DNA of 32,000 nt from Candidatus Methylomirabilis limnetica (lineage in GTDB: Bacteria > Methylomirabilota > Methylomirabilia > Methylomirabilales > Methylomirabilaceae): contig NZ_NVQC01000008.1 of NCBI RefSeq assembly GCF_003044035.1, positions 30,001 through 62,000 of the forward strand, read 5' to 3'. The translations under genes and the position numbers were made by a program. Positions 8,613 through 17,250 of the stretch are shown piece after piece; position 1 is the first letter of the stretch, and each line of letters opens with the position of its first letter. The notes below the pieces were generated by a model that saw only the letters and a program-made list of their open reading frames with translations, was not told the DNA's origin and searched no databases.

Positions 8613-8661
8613 CATAGTACAAGTCCTCTCGCATTTAGTGTCGTGCGTGGCAAGCGGTCAT

Positions 8662-10881
8662 CTACGCCTGTAGCAATTGGGCATACTTGACCATGAGCTT
8701 CTTTTCACCGGCGCCATTGAACCTCACGACGACCTTCAAATCGTCCCCGCTGCCACTCCGTTCCCGGATCACCCCGATACCGAAATCGGGGTGCCGGATA
8801 CGGGCTCCGGGATACAGACGGTCGACAAAGGGCTCATCTTCTTGATGTTTATGTTGATGTTCATGAAAGGCAGGGGGCGGTGCGCCTCTGGATTCCCATG
8901 GATCTTGGACCTGGAGAACTTCGGGTGGGATTTCATCCAGGAACCGTGATGGCAGGTTAAACCCACTGTTTCCGTAGAGCCGTCGCTGTCGTGCCGACGC
9001 AAGGTAGAGCCGTCGCTTGGCCCTGGTCATGCCAACATAACAGAGCCGGCGTTCCTCCTCTAACTCCCGCTCGTCAGGCATGGCAAGGGCGTGCGGGAAG
9101 ATCCCTTCTTCCAGCCCGACCATAAAGACCGTTTCAAACTCGAGACCCTTGGCCGTATGGAGCGTCATGAGCGTGACCGCGCCACGGCCCTCAGTATACG
9201 CGTCGAGGTCACTAATCAGGGCGACGGAGTCGAGAAACGCCGGCAGCCCCCCTTCCGCGGTGCGCTCCACAAACTCTTGGGCGGCAGTAACGAGCTCTTT
9301 CAGGTTTTCCAGGCGGCTCTGGTCCTCCGGCGTTCCATCGCGCTGAAGCTCTTCAGCGTACCCGGAAGCGGTGATCAGCTCTGCGATCAGATCTGGAATC
9401 TGGGTGAAGGCGGATTTTGCCCTGACCTCTTCAATAAGGTGCAGCAATCCCTCCATGGCCGCCTGTTGCTTGACGTTGAACAGTCTCTCGCGTACGGCGC
9501 GTTGGCACGCTTCCCAGATCGTACTCTTGCCTTGCATGGCCAACAGTTCGAGCTTGGCGATCGTGGCCGGTCCGATTCCGCGCGCCGGCGCATTCACAAG
9601 CCGCTTGAAGCTGATGCTATCGGCGGGATTCACCACCCAGCGCAAATAGGCCAGGAGATCCTTGATCTCCTTCCGTTCATAGAAGCGGAGCCCACCCACA
9701 ATGACATACGGGATCAGGGCCTGACGCAGGGCCTCTTCCAGGACGCGAGACTGCGCGTTTGTCCGGTAGAAGATCGCGTAGTCGTCGTACCGCGTTGCGT
9801 CATTGGCCACCTGACCCTGGATCGTTCTGGCAGCGAAGAGGGCCTCATCGGTTTCATCGAGGGCCCGGTAGAGTACGATGGTGTCCCCGACCTCGTTTTC
9901 GGTCCATAAGGTCTTCCCCTTCCGATCGCTGTTGTGGGCCACCACAGCCCCCGCGCCCTGTAAGATCCGCTGCGTCGATCGATAGTTCTGTTCCAGCCGA
10001 ATCACCACGCAGCCCGGATGGTCCCGCTCGAAGTCCAGGATATTGTTCAGGTCTGCGCCGCGCCACCGATAGATCGACTGGTCGTCATCGCCTACCACAC
10101 AGAGATGCCCGTACTTGCCGGCCAGCATATGGATGAGGCGGTACTGGACGTGGTTGGTGTCCTGGTACTCGTCCACCAGGATGTAGCGCCAGAGGTCCTG
10201 ATAGGCAGCCAGCACTTCGTGGTGCCCCTCAAAGAGGCGCACCGTCGACATGAGGAGATCGTCGAAGTCGAGCGCCTGTAGCCCCTCCAACCGCTCCTGA
10301 TACATGATGTACAGCTTGGCGGTCCGCTCTTCCATATGGTCATTGGCCTGCAACGCATACTCCTCGGGGGAGAGGAGTTCGTTCTTCGCGCGGCTGATGC
10401 GGGAAAGGATTGCGCGAGGCTTGACCGCGCGATCGGATAAGCCCAACCCCCGCAGACAATCCCGCATCAGACTCATCTGATCGCCCTCGTCATAGATGAC
10501 GAAGGAACTCTTCAAGCCCAACGCCGCGCCATGTTTCCGCAGAATCCGAACGCAGGTGGAATGAAACGTTCCGACCCAGACGCTGCCGCCATCCCTTTGA
10601 CTACGTCCGTGGTAAGCCTGGTCTAACGACTCAGGGCGGTTTTGTTCCAGGAGGTCCGCCACTCGCCGCTTCATCTCGCCGGCCGCCTTGTTGGTAAACG
10701 TGACGGCCAGGATATTCCAGGGCGGAACCCCGCAGTGGCTGATCAGGTAGGCGACCCGTCTGGTGATGACCCTGGTCTTCCCTGATCCGGCCCCCGCCAG
10801 CACCAGAAGCGGCCCCTCGGTGTGCAGGACCGCCTCTTTCTGTCTGGGATTCAGGCCCTCCAAGATCGCGTGAGCTTTCAC
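8662..10881 (-). CDS. uvrD: ATP-dependent DNA helicase, UvrD/PcrA family (SF1)
   Basis: 739-aa ORF with a Walker A motif (AGAGSGKTRV), the DEYQDT motif, QNYRST, and TLHTAKGLEF/VGMTRA motifs. The GTG start at 10881 has GGAGGGA upstream. Confidence 0.93.
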   Translation of the reverse strand: MKAHAILEGLNPRQKEAVLHTEGPLLVLAGAGSGKTRVITRRVAYLISHCGVPPWNILAVTFTNKAAGEMKRRVADLLEQNRPESLDQAYHGRSQRDGGSVWVGTFHSTCVRILRKHGAALGLKSSFVIYDEGDQMSLMRDCLRGLGLSDRAVKPRAILSRISRAKNELLSPEEYALQANDHMEERTAKLYIMYQERLEGLQALDFDDLLMSTVRLFEGHHEVLAAYQDLWRYILVDEYQDTNHVQYRLIHMLAGKYGHLCVVGDDDQSIYRWRGADLNNILDFERDHPGCVVIRLEQNYRSTQRILQGAGAVVAHNSDRKGKTLWTENEVGDTIVLYRALDETDEALFAARTIQGQVANDATRYDDYAIFYRTNAQSRVLEEALRQALIPYVIVGGLRFYERKEIKDLLAYLRWVVNPADSISFKRLVNAPARGIGPATIAKLELLAMQGKSTIWEACQRAVRERLFNVKQQAAMEGLLHLIEEVRAKSAFTQIPDLIAELITASGYAEELQRDGTPEDQSRLENLKELVTAAQEFVERTAEGGLPAFLDSVALISDLDAYTEGRGAVTLMTLHTAKGLEFETVFMVGLEEGIFPHALAMPDERELEEERRLCYVGMTRAKRRLYLASARQRRLYGNSGFNLPSRFLDEIPPEVLQVQDPWESRGAPPPAFHEHQHKHQEDEPFVDRLYPGARIRHPDFGIGVIRERSGSGDDLKVVVRFNGAGEKKLMVKYAQLLQA

Positions 10882-11334
10882 TTCAGTCCGTCCCTCCGTT
10901 GGTTAGTTGAGAGTTTTAGATGATATCGTCCTTCATCATAGGCGAACCCGTCCGATGCGACAAGCGATTTTTCGGGCCTGAAGCCTCTTTGGAGATGGGC
11001 TACAGTGCCACCCCTCTTTGGTCGACAAGTACACTCTCGAGTTGAAAGGCATGGCTGCATGCGGAGGCAAGTACGGAGGATTTGACCGAGAAAAAGGATT
11101 GGAACGGAGCATGTGCCCGGCCGCAGTTACGGCTTGACATCCCCTCTGATCGGAGGGTAGCTTTTGGCTGCCCTGGAGGCGCAGACGGCGCTATGCGTGT
11201 GAATAGCCCACATTCCTGACCAGAAAACTTTAGATGCAGACGACCATGGGTTTACCTGGGCATCTCAGCGGCTGCAAAGGAACGTGTAAGTGAATCCTGA
11301 ATCTATTCACTCCGAGCAGAAGCACCGGCGCCAA

Positions 11335-11928
11335 ATGACGGTGGCTTGCATCACCTTGATCGTTTCGACCATTGCAGCACTGGCAGCACTCGGGACTGTA
11401 TCGGAGATCAGGAATCATCTTTGCTATGAGCACGACATCAACAGTGTTTGCTCGAAAGTCCAAATCAGCGAATCCGAAATGAGGGTATTTGCGTGGTATC
11501 CGGAGGCGAAGCCATTAAGCTCGTCACCTTCCACCCCTAATCCTTACCTGGACGCTTTGACTCCCAGCAGAATTGTGCACGATATTCCACCTTACGAAAA
11601 ACGCTCATACGCCAGCGGTTTCCCGAGCGGAAAACAACAGTGGCTATACTGGGAAGCGCGTCTTAAGTCTCATCTTCCTCCATTCGGCTCAATCAGGTTC
11701 GTGGTCCATTGGACGACTTACGATGCAAGTGGCAATCCTGTCGCAGGCGGTGTCTTTGAGGCCACGTGGGGTGCCGATGACCCGGTAGCCCTTATTATTG
11801 GCCCTGTCGACACAGTTCCAATTGGAGCTACCAGTCAATTTTTGCGGGGGCACTATGAGGTCGTTCTGAAGGTGTATGGCAATAAACTGGCAGAGTCAGA
11901 AGTTCACGGCGGATTCGATATTTACTGA
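11335..11928 (+). CDS. Hypothetical membrane-anchored protein (orphan)
   Basis: The start is placed at ATG 11335 (MTVACITLIVSTIAALAALG, an N-terminal TM helix). A Pro/Ser linker and a beta-rich C-terminal domain follow. No family was recognised. The region looks more AT-rich than its neighbours by eye. Confidence 0.5.
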   Translation: MTVACITLIVSTIAALAALGTVSEIRNHLCYEHDINSVCSKVQISESEMRVFAWYPEAKPLSSSPSTPNPYLDALTPSRIVHDIPPYEKRSYASGFPSGKQQWLYWEARLKSHLPPFGSIRFVVHWTTYDASGNPVAGGVFEATWGADDPVALIIGPVDTVPIGATSQFLRGHYEVVLKVYGNKLAESEVHGGFDIY

Positions 11929-12060
11929 TGCTTACACATTACCATGAAAGAACGACGTTTCATACAATTTAGGCTCTTCTCCCAAAAATGTTGGGGGTAG
12001 TGGAAGCTCCAGCGTACCCAGGCGACAGCGGCCAGCGTCGCACACAACACAGGTAAACGC

Positions 12061-12089
12061 TTGACATTCCATACTAGCAATCGTATAGT
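12061..12089 (+). promoter_or_regulatory. Near-consensus sigma70-type promoter (TTGACA-N17-TATAGT) upstream of the decahaem gene
   Basis: TTGACA at 12061-12066, a 17-nt spacer, and TATAGT at 12084-12089, about 65 nt upstream of ATG 12154. The same hexamers, spacing and following CC recur at 18534-18562. Confidence 0.5.
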
Positions 12090-12153
12090 CCCTCTACTGC
12101 TCGATTTCAGAGTCGCGTTTCCGTTTACGCTTGACACCTATAGGGGTTCAAAG

Positions 12154-13155
12154 ATGAAGAAGCGTGACACTGTGGCCGCTTTATTGCCCTTGCTATTTGT
12201 TGTTCTCCTTGTTGGATGGGCGTGCAGTCGATTTAGCCCGTCGCCCTCCGGAAAAGAAGCTCTCCCCGCGCAAGCCCCATCCGCCACGACCACCGTTGCC
12301 CCTCGACCTCAGTGGACCGGTCCACCGCCCGGCGCCAAGTATGTGGGGAGTGAGTCCTGCCTGACGTGCCATGAGGAGTCGAGCCAGCGCTTTCATAAGA
12401 CGATGATGGGGCGGATCATGTCCGTAAACCCGCGCACCCCCCAAGAGCAGCGGGTCTGTGAGTCGTGTCATGGCCCTGGGGGCCCTCACGTAGCTGCGGA
12501 GGGCGATGCCATTGAAACATTGATGACGTTCAAGAAGGGGGCAGAGCCGGTCGAGGCACAGAATGCCACGTGCGTGAACGGCTGCCATGAAAAGGGTGAG
12601 CACACTTCCTGGAAGGGGAGCACCCACGAGATGCGTGGCGTGGCCTGCGTGACCTGTCACAAGGTGATGGAGTCGGTGTCCGCCCGATACAACCTGGCGA
12701 AGCCGACCGCGATCGAGGTCTGCTCGCAGTGTCACCAGACCCGCCGGGCCCAGCTCCAGCGCAGTTCGCATATGCCGCTGCGCGAGGGGAAGATCAGTTG
12801 TAGCGACTGCCACAACGCGCATGGGACCGCCACCCAGGCGATGCTCAGGGAAGATTCGGTCAATGACAACTGTTACAAGTGCCATGCGGAGAAGCGGGGG
12901 CCGTTCCTCTGGGAACATGCGCCAGTCACAGAGAGCTGTACGAACTGCCACGAGCCGCACGGCTCCACAAATCCGAGACTCCTGAAGGTCAGGGTTCCCA
13001 GGCTCTGTCAGCAGTGTCATGTTGAGACCCGACACCCAACGAGCCCATACAATCCGACGACCGGAGCAAGGCAGGTCACCAACAGGGGCTGCAACAACTG
13101 CCACCAGAAGATCCATGGGTCAAACCATCCATCAGGATTCGCCTTCACGAACTGA
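12154..13155 (+). CDS. Periplasmic decahaem c-type cytochrome, DmsE/MtrA/PioA/MtoA family
   Basis: 333 aa from ATG 12154 (aGGGG upstream) with a signal or lipoprotein-like N-terminus. It has nine CxxCH motifs plus one CxxxCH (CVNGCH) in the third position. Family-typical blocks are present: KYVGSESCLTCHE, CESCHGPGGPHV, PFLWEHAPVTESCTNCHEPHGS and CNNCHQKIHGSNHPSG. Confidence 0.9.
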   Translation: MKKRDTVAALLPLLFVVLLVGWACSRFSPSPSGKEALPAQAPSATTTVAPRPQWTGPPPGAKYVGSESCLTCHEESSQRFHKTMMGRIMSVNPRTPQEQRVCESCHGPGGPHVAAEGDAIETLMTFKKGAEPVEAQNATCVNGCHEKGEHTSWKGSTHEMRGVACVTCHKVMESVSARYNLAKPTAIEVCSQCHQTRRAQLQRSSHMPLREGKISCSDCHNAHGTATQAMLREDSVNDNCYKCHAEKRGPFLWEHAPVTESCTNCHEPHGSTNPRLLKVRVPRLCQQCHVETRHPTSPYNPTTGARQVTNRGCNNCHQKIHGSNHPSGFAFTN

Positions 13156-13188
13156 GGTAGCGAACTGCATCAATCGGGGAGGTGGGCC

Positions 13189-15603
13189 ATGGGAGCGTTA
13201 ATCAGGATGAGATGGGTCAGCAAAGCACTACTGCCCGCCATAGCCCTGCTGCTGACGGTCGTCGCATCGGGTTACGCAGAACAGGCCCCGCCGGAGGAGG
13301 CTCTCCCGTCTTGGGCCAAATGGCTAAACGGTCGACTGCCATTCAACTTTGAGCTGACCGAGTTGGATATCGAGGGCGGTTATCGCGACATCGATGGCAG
13401 CCGGAGTTCGGCCAAGTTTCAGGAGTACCGCGTCCTTGAAGAGAGTCCCTTTATGGACCACCTTCGACTCTCCATGGAGACCAAAGATAAAAAGCACTAC
13501 ATCGACTTTACTACGCTAGACAGCTTCAAGCAGGACCAAAGCTACCTGTTTAGAGCAGGGCAGTACGGTGGCTATGAACTGGAGGTCTTCTGGGATCAGA
13601 TCCCCCATCTGCTGAGCACCACAGGACGAACACTCTTTACCACCACGCATGAGGATAGTACGGCGAGTCTAACCCTGCCGCCTGGTGTCGCATCGACGGT
13701 CCAGGCCGCTACCCCAGCCACAAGGGGCTCCGTGATGGCCGGCTTTCTGGTCAATGCCGCACCGACGGATCTCAGTTTCCTGACCACCAAAGCGGGATTC
13801 AAGATGAAGTACAACCTGACAGATTCACTGGATGTCGGTGTCCGCTATACCTTCACGCAGAAGGATGGGACGATTCCCTTTGGTACCGGTTTCGGTGGCC
13901 CGGGGAGCCTTATCGAGCTTCCGGCCCCCCTCTTTAACCGCACCCACCAGGTTGAGGCCAAGACCCAATATGCTCGGCCGGGTTGGAACGTTAGTCTTGG
14001 CGGCGCCGCATCGATCTTCGACCAGGGCATCGACAACATCACGTTCGACAACCCGCTCTCGGCAACGGACAGCCCGACCGTTGCCTCTCGCGGCCGGACC
14101 ACCATGGACCCGAACAACCAGGCGTATAACCTGTTTCTCTCTGGCGGCGTCTCCCTGCCGCTTCAGACCAGAGTCACGGGTAAGGTCTCCTACGGGTGGC
14201 GGCTCCAGACTCAGGATTTCGTCCCGCATACCATCAACCCCGCTTTGGCAGCCAATCCCCTATTGGCGCTCCCAAAACGCGATCTGGATGGAGATGTCCA
14301 AACAACCCTTGTGACGATCAACGGGACGAGTCGCCCGATTACCACTGTCCCGCTGACGCTATCCGGTGGCTACCGCTTTTATGACTTCAATAACCGATCA
14401 TCTGAGATCGAGTTCACTGCGCATACGGTCCGGGATACGTCGCTCACGGCCGAGACGCGGGCCAACGCGCCCTTCTCCTACACGAAGCAAAATGGTCGCC
14501 TGGACGCGGGTTATTCCCTCCTCAAGGACCTTCATCTCAATATGGGTTACGAGTGGGAGCGGTGGGACCGCGATCCGAAATACCGCGAGGTGCAGACCAG
14601 TGATGAGCACTTCTTAAAAACCAGCCTCGACTTTACGCCGATAGACTGGCTGCTCCTTAGAGGCGCCTATCGCCGGAGTTGGCGCAACATCGACAAGTAC
14701 GTGCCCCAGGCCCATCATGCGCATATCGTCACCGACATCGAGGGGGAGACAGATCCAGAGGTCCTGGAGCTCCAGGGTCAATCGACTCTGCTTCGGAAGT
14801 TTGACGAAGCCGACCGGACACGGGACAGGGTCGAGATTTTAGCGTCGATCACCCCGATCGAGACACTCAACTTTACGGCGACCTATGGCCTTATGCGGGA
14901 TGATTTTGACAAGTCCCCGCTCGGGCTGCAGGAATCGCGGGGATGGAGCCTGGGTGGCGATTTGGCCTATAGCCCTCGCCCGTGGCTTTCGTTCTTCGTG
15001 AACTACATGAGGGAGGAGTTTAAGTATGATCAGCTCTCTCGCTCCAGGCCGGTCGTCGGCAACGTATCTACGGCGACCGCTCTGGCGCCGGGGTGTGCGT
15101 TTACCTCCCCTTCCGCCGCAACCAGTAACGCGGTCTGTGACTTTACCGATTTTAATTGGAGGAGCATTAACAGAGATAGGGTAGACACCTATGGGGTAGG
15201 CGCCGACGTCAGCCTGATTCCCAACCGTCTCAACCTGCGGTTGAGCTACTCCTTTTCTGACGCCGACACGATCATCGATTCGTCCAACCCTGTCGCTCCG
15301 GAGCTCCACCCACCCACGACTGGGGCCACCCAGCGGGCTACGGCGACCGCCGTCCGGTATCCCCTGGCGAACACGAACCTGCACACCCTGATCGCCGCGC
15401 TTCGCTATAATATGACTAAGAACTGGAGCCTTAATGGCGAGTATCGATTTGAGCAGTTTCGGGAGACCGATTGGGCGACCGACGCGATTGGGACGTCTGG
15501 CCTAACGACCTTACCCCCGACGGCCGATACATATTTAGGCGCTCGGTTCCTCCAGAATTACAACGCCCATATTGCTGGTTTTACGCTTCGCTATAAGTTC
15601 TGA
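13189..15603 (+). CDS. Outer-membrane beta-barrel, MtrB/PioB (decahaem-associated porin) family
   Basis: 804-aa ORF starting 33 nt after the decahaem gene (GGGGAGGTG SD). It has a signal peptide (ALLPAIALLLTVVASGYA-EQ), alternating-polarity beta-strand character throughout, and a C-terminal FTLRYKF-stop typical of OMPs. Its size matches PioB/MtoB, and the gene order is MtrA then MtrB. Confidence 0.8.
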   Translation: MGALIRMRWVSKALLPAIALLLTVVASGYAEQAPPEEALPSWAKWLNGRLPFNFELTELDIEGGYRDIDGSRSSAKFQEYRVLEESPFMDHLRLSMETKDKKHYIDFTTLDSFKQDQSYLFRAGQYGGYELEVFWDQIPHLLSTTGRTLFTTTHEDSTASLTLPPGVASTVQAATPATRGSVMAGFLVNAAPTDLSFLTTKAGFKMKYNLTDSLDVGVRYTFTQKDGTIPFGTGFGGPGSLIELPAPLFNRTHQVEAKTQYARPGWNVSLGGAASIFDQGIDNITFDNPLSATDSPTVASRGRTTMDPNNQAYNLFLSGGVSLPLQTRVTGKVSYGWRLQTQDFVPHTINPALAANPLLALPKRDLDGDVQTTLVTINGTSRPITTVPLTLSGGYRFYDFNNRSSEIEFTAHTVRDTSLTAETRANAPFSYTKQNGRLDAGYSLLKDLHLNMGYEWERWDRDPKYREVQTSDEHFLKTSLDFTPIDWLLLRGAYRRSWRNIDKYVPQAHHAHIVTDIEGETDPEVLELQGQSTLLRKFDEADRTRDRVEILASITPIETLNFTATYGLMRDDFDKSPLGLQESRGWSLGGDLAYSPRPWLSFFVNYMREEFKYDQLSRSRPVVGNVSTATALAPGCAFTSPSAATSNAVCDFTDFNWRSINRDRVDTYGVGADVSLIPNRLNLRLSYSFSDADTIIDSSNPVAPELHPPTTGATQRATATAVRYPLANTNLHTLIAALRYNMTKNWSLNGEYRFEQFRETDWATDAIGTSGLTTLPPTADTYLGARFLQNYNAHIAGFTLRYKF

Positions 15604-15632
15604 CCTCTATATCGCGCGCAAAAGGAGTAGTG

Positions 15633-15671
15633 AAGCCAGCCTGTCGGGCGTCGTCTGACGAGCTGGCTTTT
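15633..15671 (+). terminator. Possible weak hairpin/attenuator between the porin and Rieske genes
   Basis: AAGCCAGC at 15633-15640 pairs with GCTGGCTT at 15662-15669 and is followed by TT. The loop is large (21 nt) and the T-tract is short, so this is not a strong intrinsic terminator. Confidence 0.25.
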
Positions 15672-15694
15672 GACGTTCAAGTCTGAAGGAGGGA

Positions 15695-16150
15695 ATGGTT
15701 GTGCCACAGCAAGATGAACAGGTCGATTATGGGCGGCGAACGGTGAATTGGCTTCTCGGGAGTTCCATCGGCGTGCTCTTCGTATCCATCCTTTACCCGG
15801 TTGTAAAATACCTGATTCCCCCAAAACTTGCCGAGCCGACTACGTTTAGCGTGACCCTTCCCTGGAAGCTTGCGGAGTTGAAGGCGAACTCGGGGCGGAT
15901 ATTTCGATTCAGGAGTCGACCTGGCCTCTTGGTGAAGACGTCGGCTGGTGAGTTAAAGGCCTTCTCAGCGGTCTGTAGCCACCTGGAATGCACGGTGCAA
16001 TACCGGGAAGAGCGGCAGGACATCTGGTGCGCCTGCCACAATGGCGTGTTCGACCTGAATGGAAAAAATATCAGCGGCCCGCCGCCTCGGCCCCTGGAGT
16101 CTTTGAAGTTGAACGTTCGTGGCGATCAGATCGTCGTTATGAAAGGGTAG
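15695..16150 (+). CDS. Rieske [2Fe-2S] subunit of a cytochrome bc/b6f-type complex
   Basis: 151 aa with an N-terminal TM helix. Rieske boxes are CSHLEC (box I) and CACHNGVF (box II). The start is either ATG 15695 or, with better spacing to GGAGG, GTG 15701. Confidence 0.9.
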   Translation: MVVPQQDEQVDYGRRTVNWLLGSSIGVLFVSILYPVVKYLIPPKLAEPTTFSVTLPWKLAELKANSGRIFRFRSRPGLLVKTSAGELKAFSAVCSHLECTVQYREERQDIWCACHNGVFDLNGKNISGPPPRPLESLKLNVRGDQIVVMKG

Positions 16151-16154
16151 CCAT

Positions 16155-17243
16155 GTGATGGGGGATCGGATCACGGCTTGGCTTGAAGAGCGAATCGACC
16201 TTTCGGCGCTCAAGCACCTCATCCAGAAAAAGGTCATCCCTGTCCATCGCCATACCGTCTGGTACTATGTCGGCGGGATGACGCTCTTTCTCTTCGGGAT
16301 CCAAGTGGCGACCGGGATCCTGCTGACCCTCTACTACCGGCCCAGCTCCGAGGAGGCATACGAGAGCGTTCAATTTATCGTGACCGAAGTCCAATTTGGC
16401 TGGCTCGTTCGGTCGATCCATAGCTGGTCAGCCAATCTGATGGTGTTGACAATGATGATCCACATGTTCAGCGTCTACCTAACTCAAGCCTACCGAAAAC
16501 CACGAGAGCTGACATGGGTGACCGGAATATTGCTTTTCGGCATTGTGCTTTTCTTCGGGTTCAGCGGGTATCTGCTACCATGGAATGTCCTCTCGTACTT
16601 CGCCACTAAAGTCGGGACCGAGGTCACTGGGCAGCTTCCGATTGTGGGTCATTTTCTGGTGCGGCTCCTCAGGGCTGGTGACGAGGTCTCGGGTGCGACG
16701 CTTTCCCGCTTTTTCGGCATCCACATTGCAATCCTGCCGGCGCTCACCACGCTGATACTCGCCCTCCACCTCCTCTTGGTCCAGAAGCAGGGGATGAGTG
16801 TTCCTGCAACCGTAGAGCGTGCCCAAGCGGGACAGCCGCTCAGGACCATGCCGTTTGTCCCCAATTTTCTGCTGCGAGACCTCTTCGGCTGGTTCGCCGC
16901 CCTTGGGCTCTTGGCCGCCCTGGCCGCTATGTACCCATGGGAGCTGGGACAAAAGGCCGATCCTTTCGCCCCCGCACCCGCTGGGATCCGACCGGAATGG
17001 TACTTTGTCTTCATGTTTCAGAGTTTGAAGTATATCCCGGCCAAGGTCGGTCCATTTGACGGTGAGGTCTTGGGGGTCCTGGGCTATAGTCTGGGCGGGC
17101 TGTTCCTTTTACTGGTCCCATTTCTGGACAAAAGGACAGCCCGGGGCGAGCCAAGCCCGCTCTTCCGATGGATCGGGATCGGTATCATCGCGTACATCGT
17201 GATACTCACCGCGCTTGGATATTTCGCGCCTGCCTTCAAATGA
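16155..17243 (+). CDS. Cytochrome b (fused b6-like N-terminal part + subunit IV-like C-terminal part)
   Basis: 362 aa starting 5 nt after the Rieske stop. The bis-His haem ligand pairs fall in helices B and D ([19 protein letters not shown] and [22 protein letters not shown]), and a PEWYF motif is present in the C-terminal part. Confidence 0.92.
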   Translation: MMGDRITAWLEERIDLSALKHLIQKKVIPVHRHTVWYYVGGMTLFLFGIQVATGILLTLYYRPSSEEAYESVQFIVTEVQFGWLVRSIHSWSANLMVLTMMIHMFSVYLTQAYRKPRELTWVTGILLFGIVLFFGFSGYLLPWNVLSYFATKVGTEVTGQLPIVGHFLVRLLRAGDEVSGATLSRFFGIHIAILPALTTLILALHLLLVQKQGMSVPATVERAQAGQPLRTMPFVPNFLLRDLFGWFAALGLLAALAAMYPWELGQKADPFAPAPAGIRPEWYFVFMFQSLKYIPAKVGPFDGEVLGVLGYSLGGLFLLLVPFLDKRTARGEPSPLFRWIGIGIIAYIVILTALGYFAPAFK

Positions 17244-17250
17244 GGAAGCC

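Noticed and set aside
10878-11060. 60-aa ORF upstream of uvrD whose stop overlaps the uvrD GTG start (GTGA).
   Set aside because: The translation is Arg/Cys/Gly-rich with no recognisable fold or SD. It is most likely a chance ORF in the leader. The overlap alone is not evidence.
11134-11162. TTGACA at 11134-11139 with a possible -10 element 17-18 nt downstream, upstream of the orphan gene.
   Set aside because: The candidate -10 hexamer (GTAGCT/TAGCTT) matches the consensus poorly, and the spacer is itself a small hairpin. It is too weak to call as a promoter.
12193-13116. 307-aa ORF antisense to the decahaem cytochrome gene. There are similar long antisense or out-of-frame ORFs at 6439-7191(+), 7221-7844(-), 9091-9909(+), 17362-18126(-), 19251-19976(-), 20160-20765(-), 22860-23567(+), 26390-26917(+), 27023-27568(+) and 31042-31746(+).
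   Set aside because: These are high-GC shadow ORFs. They overlap genes with clear family signatures, their translations are Arg/Pro/Gly/Ser-rich with no recognisable motifs, and they lack sensible start contexts.
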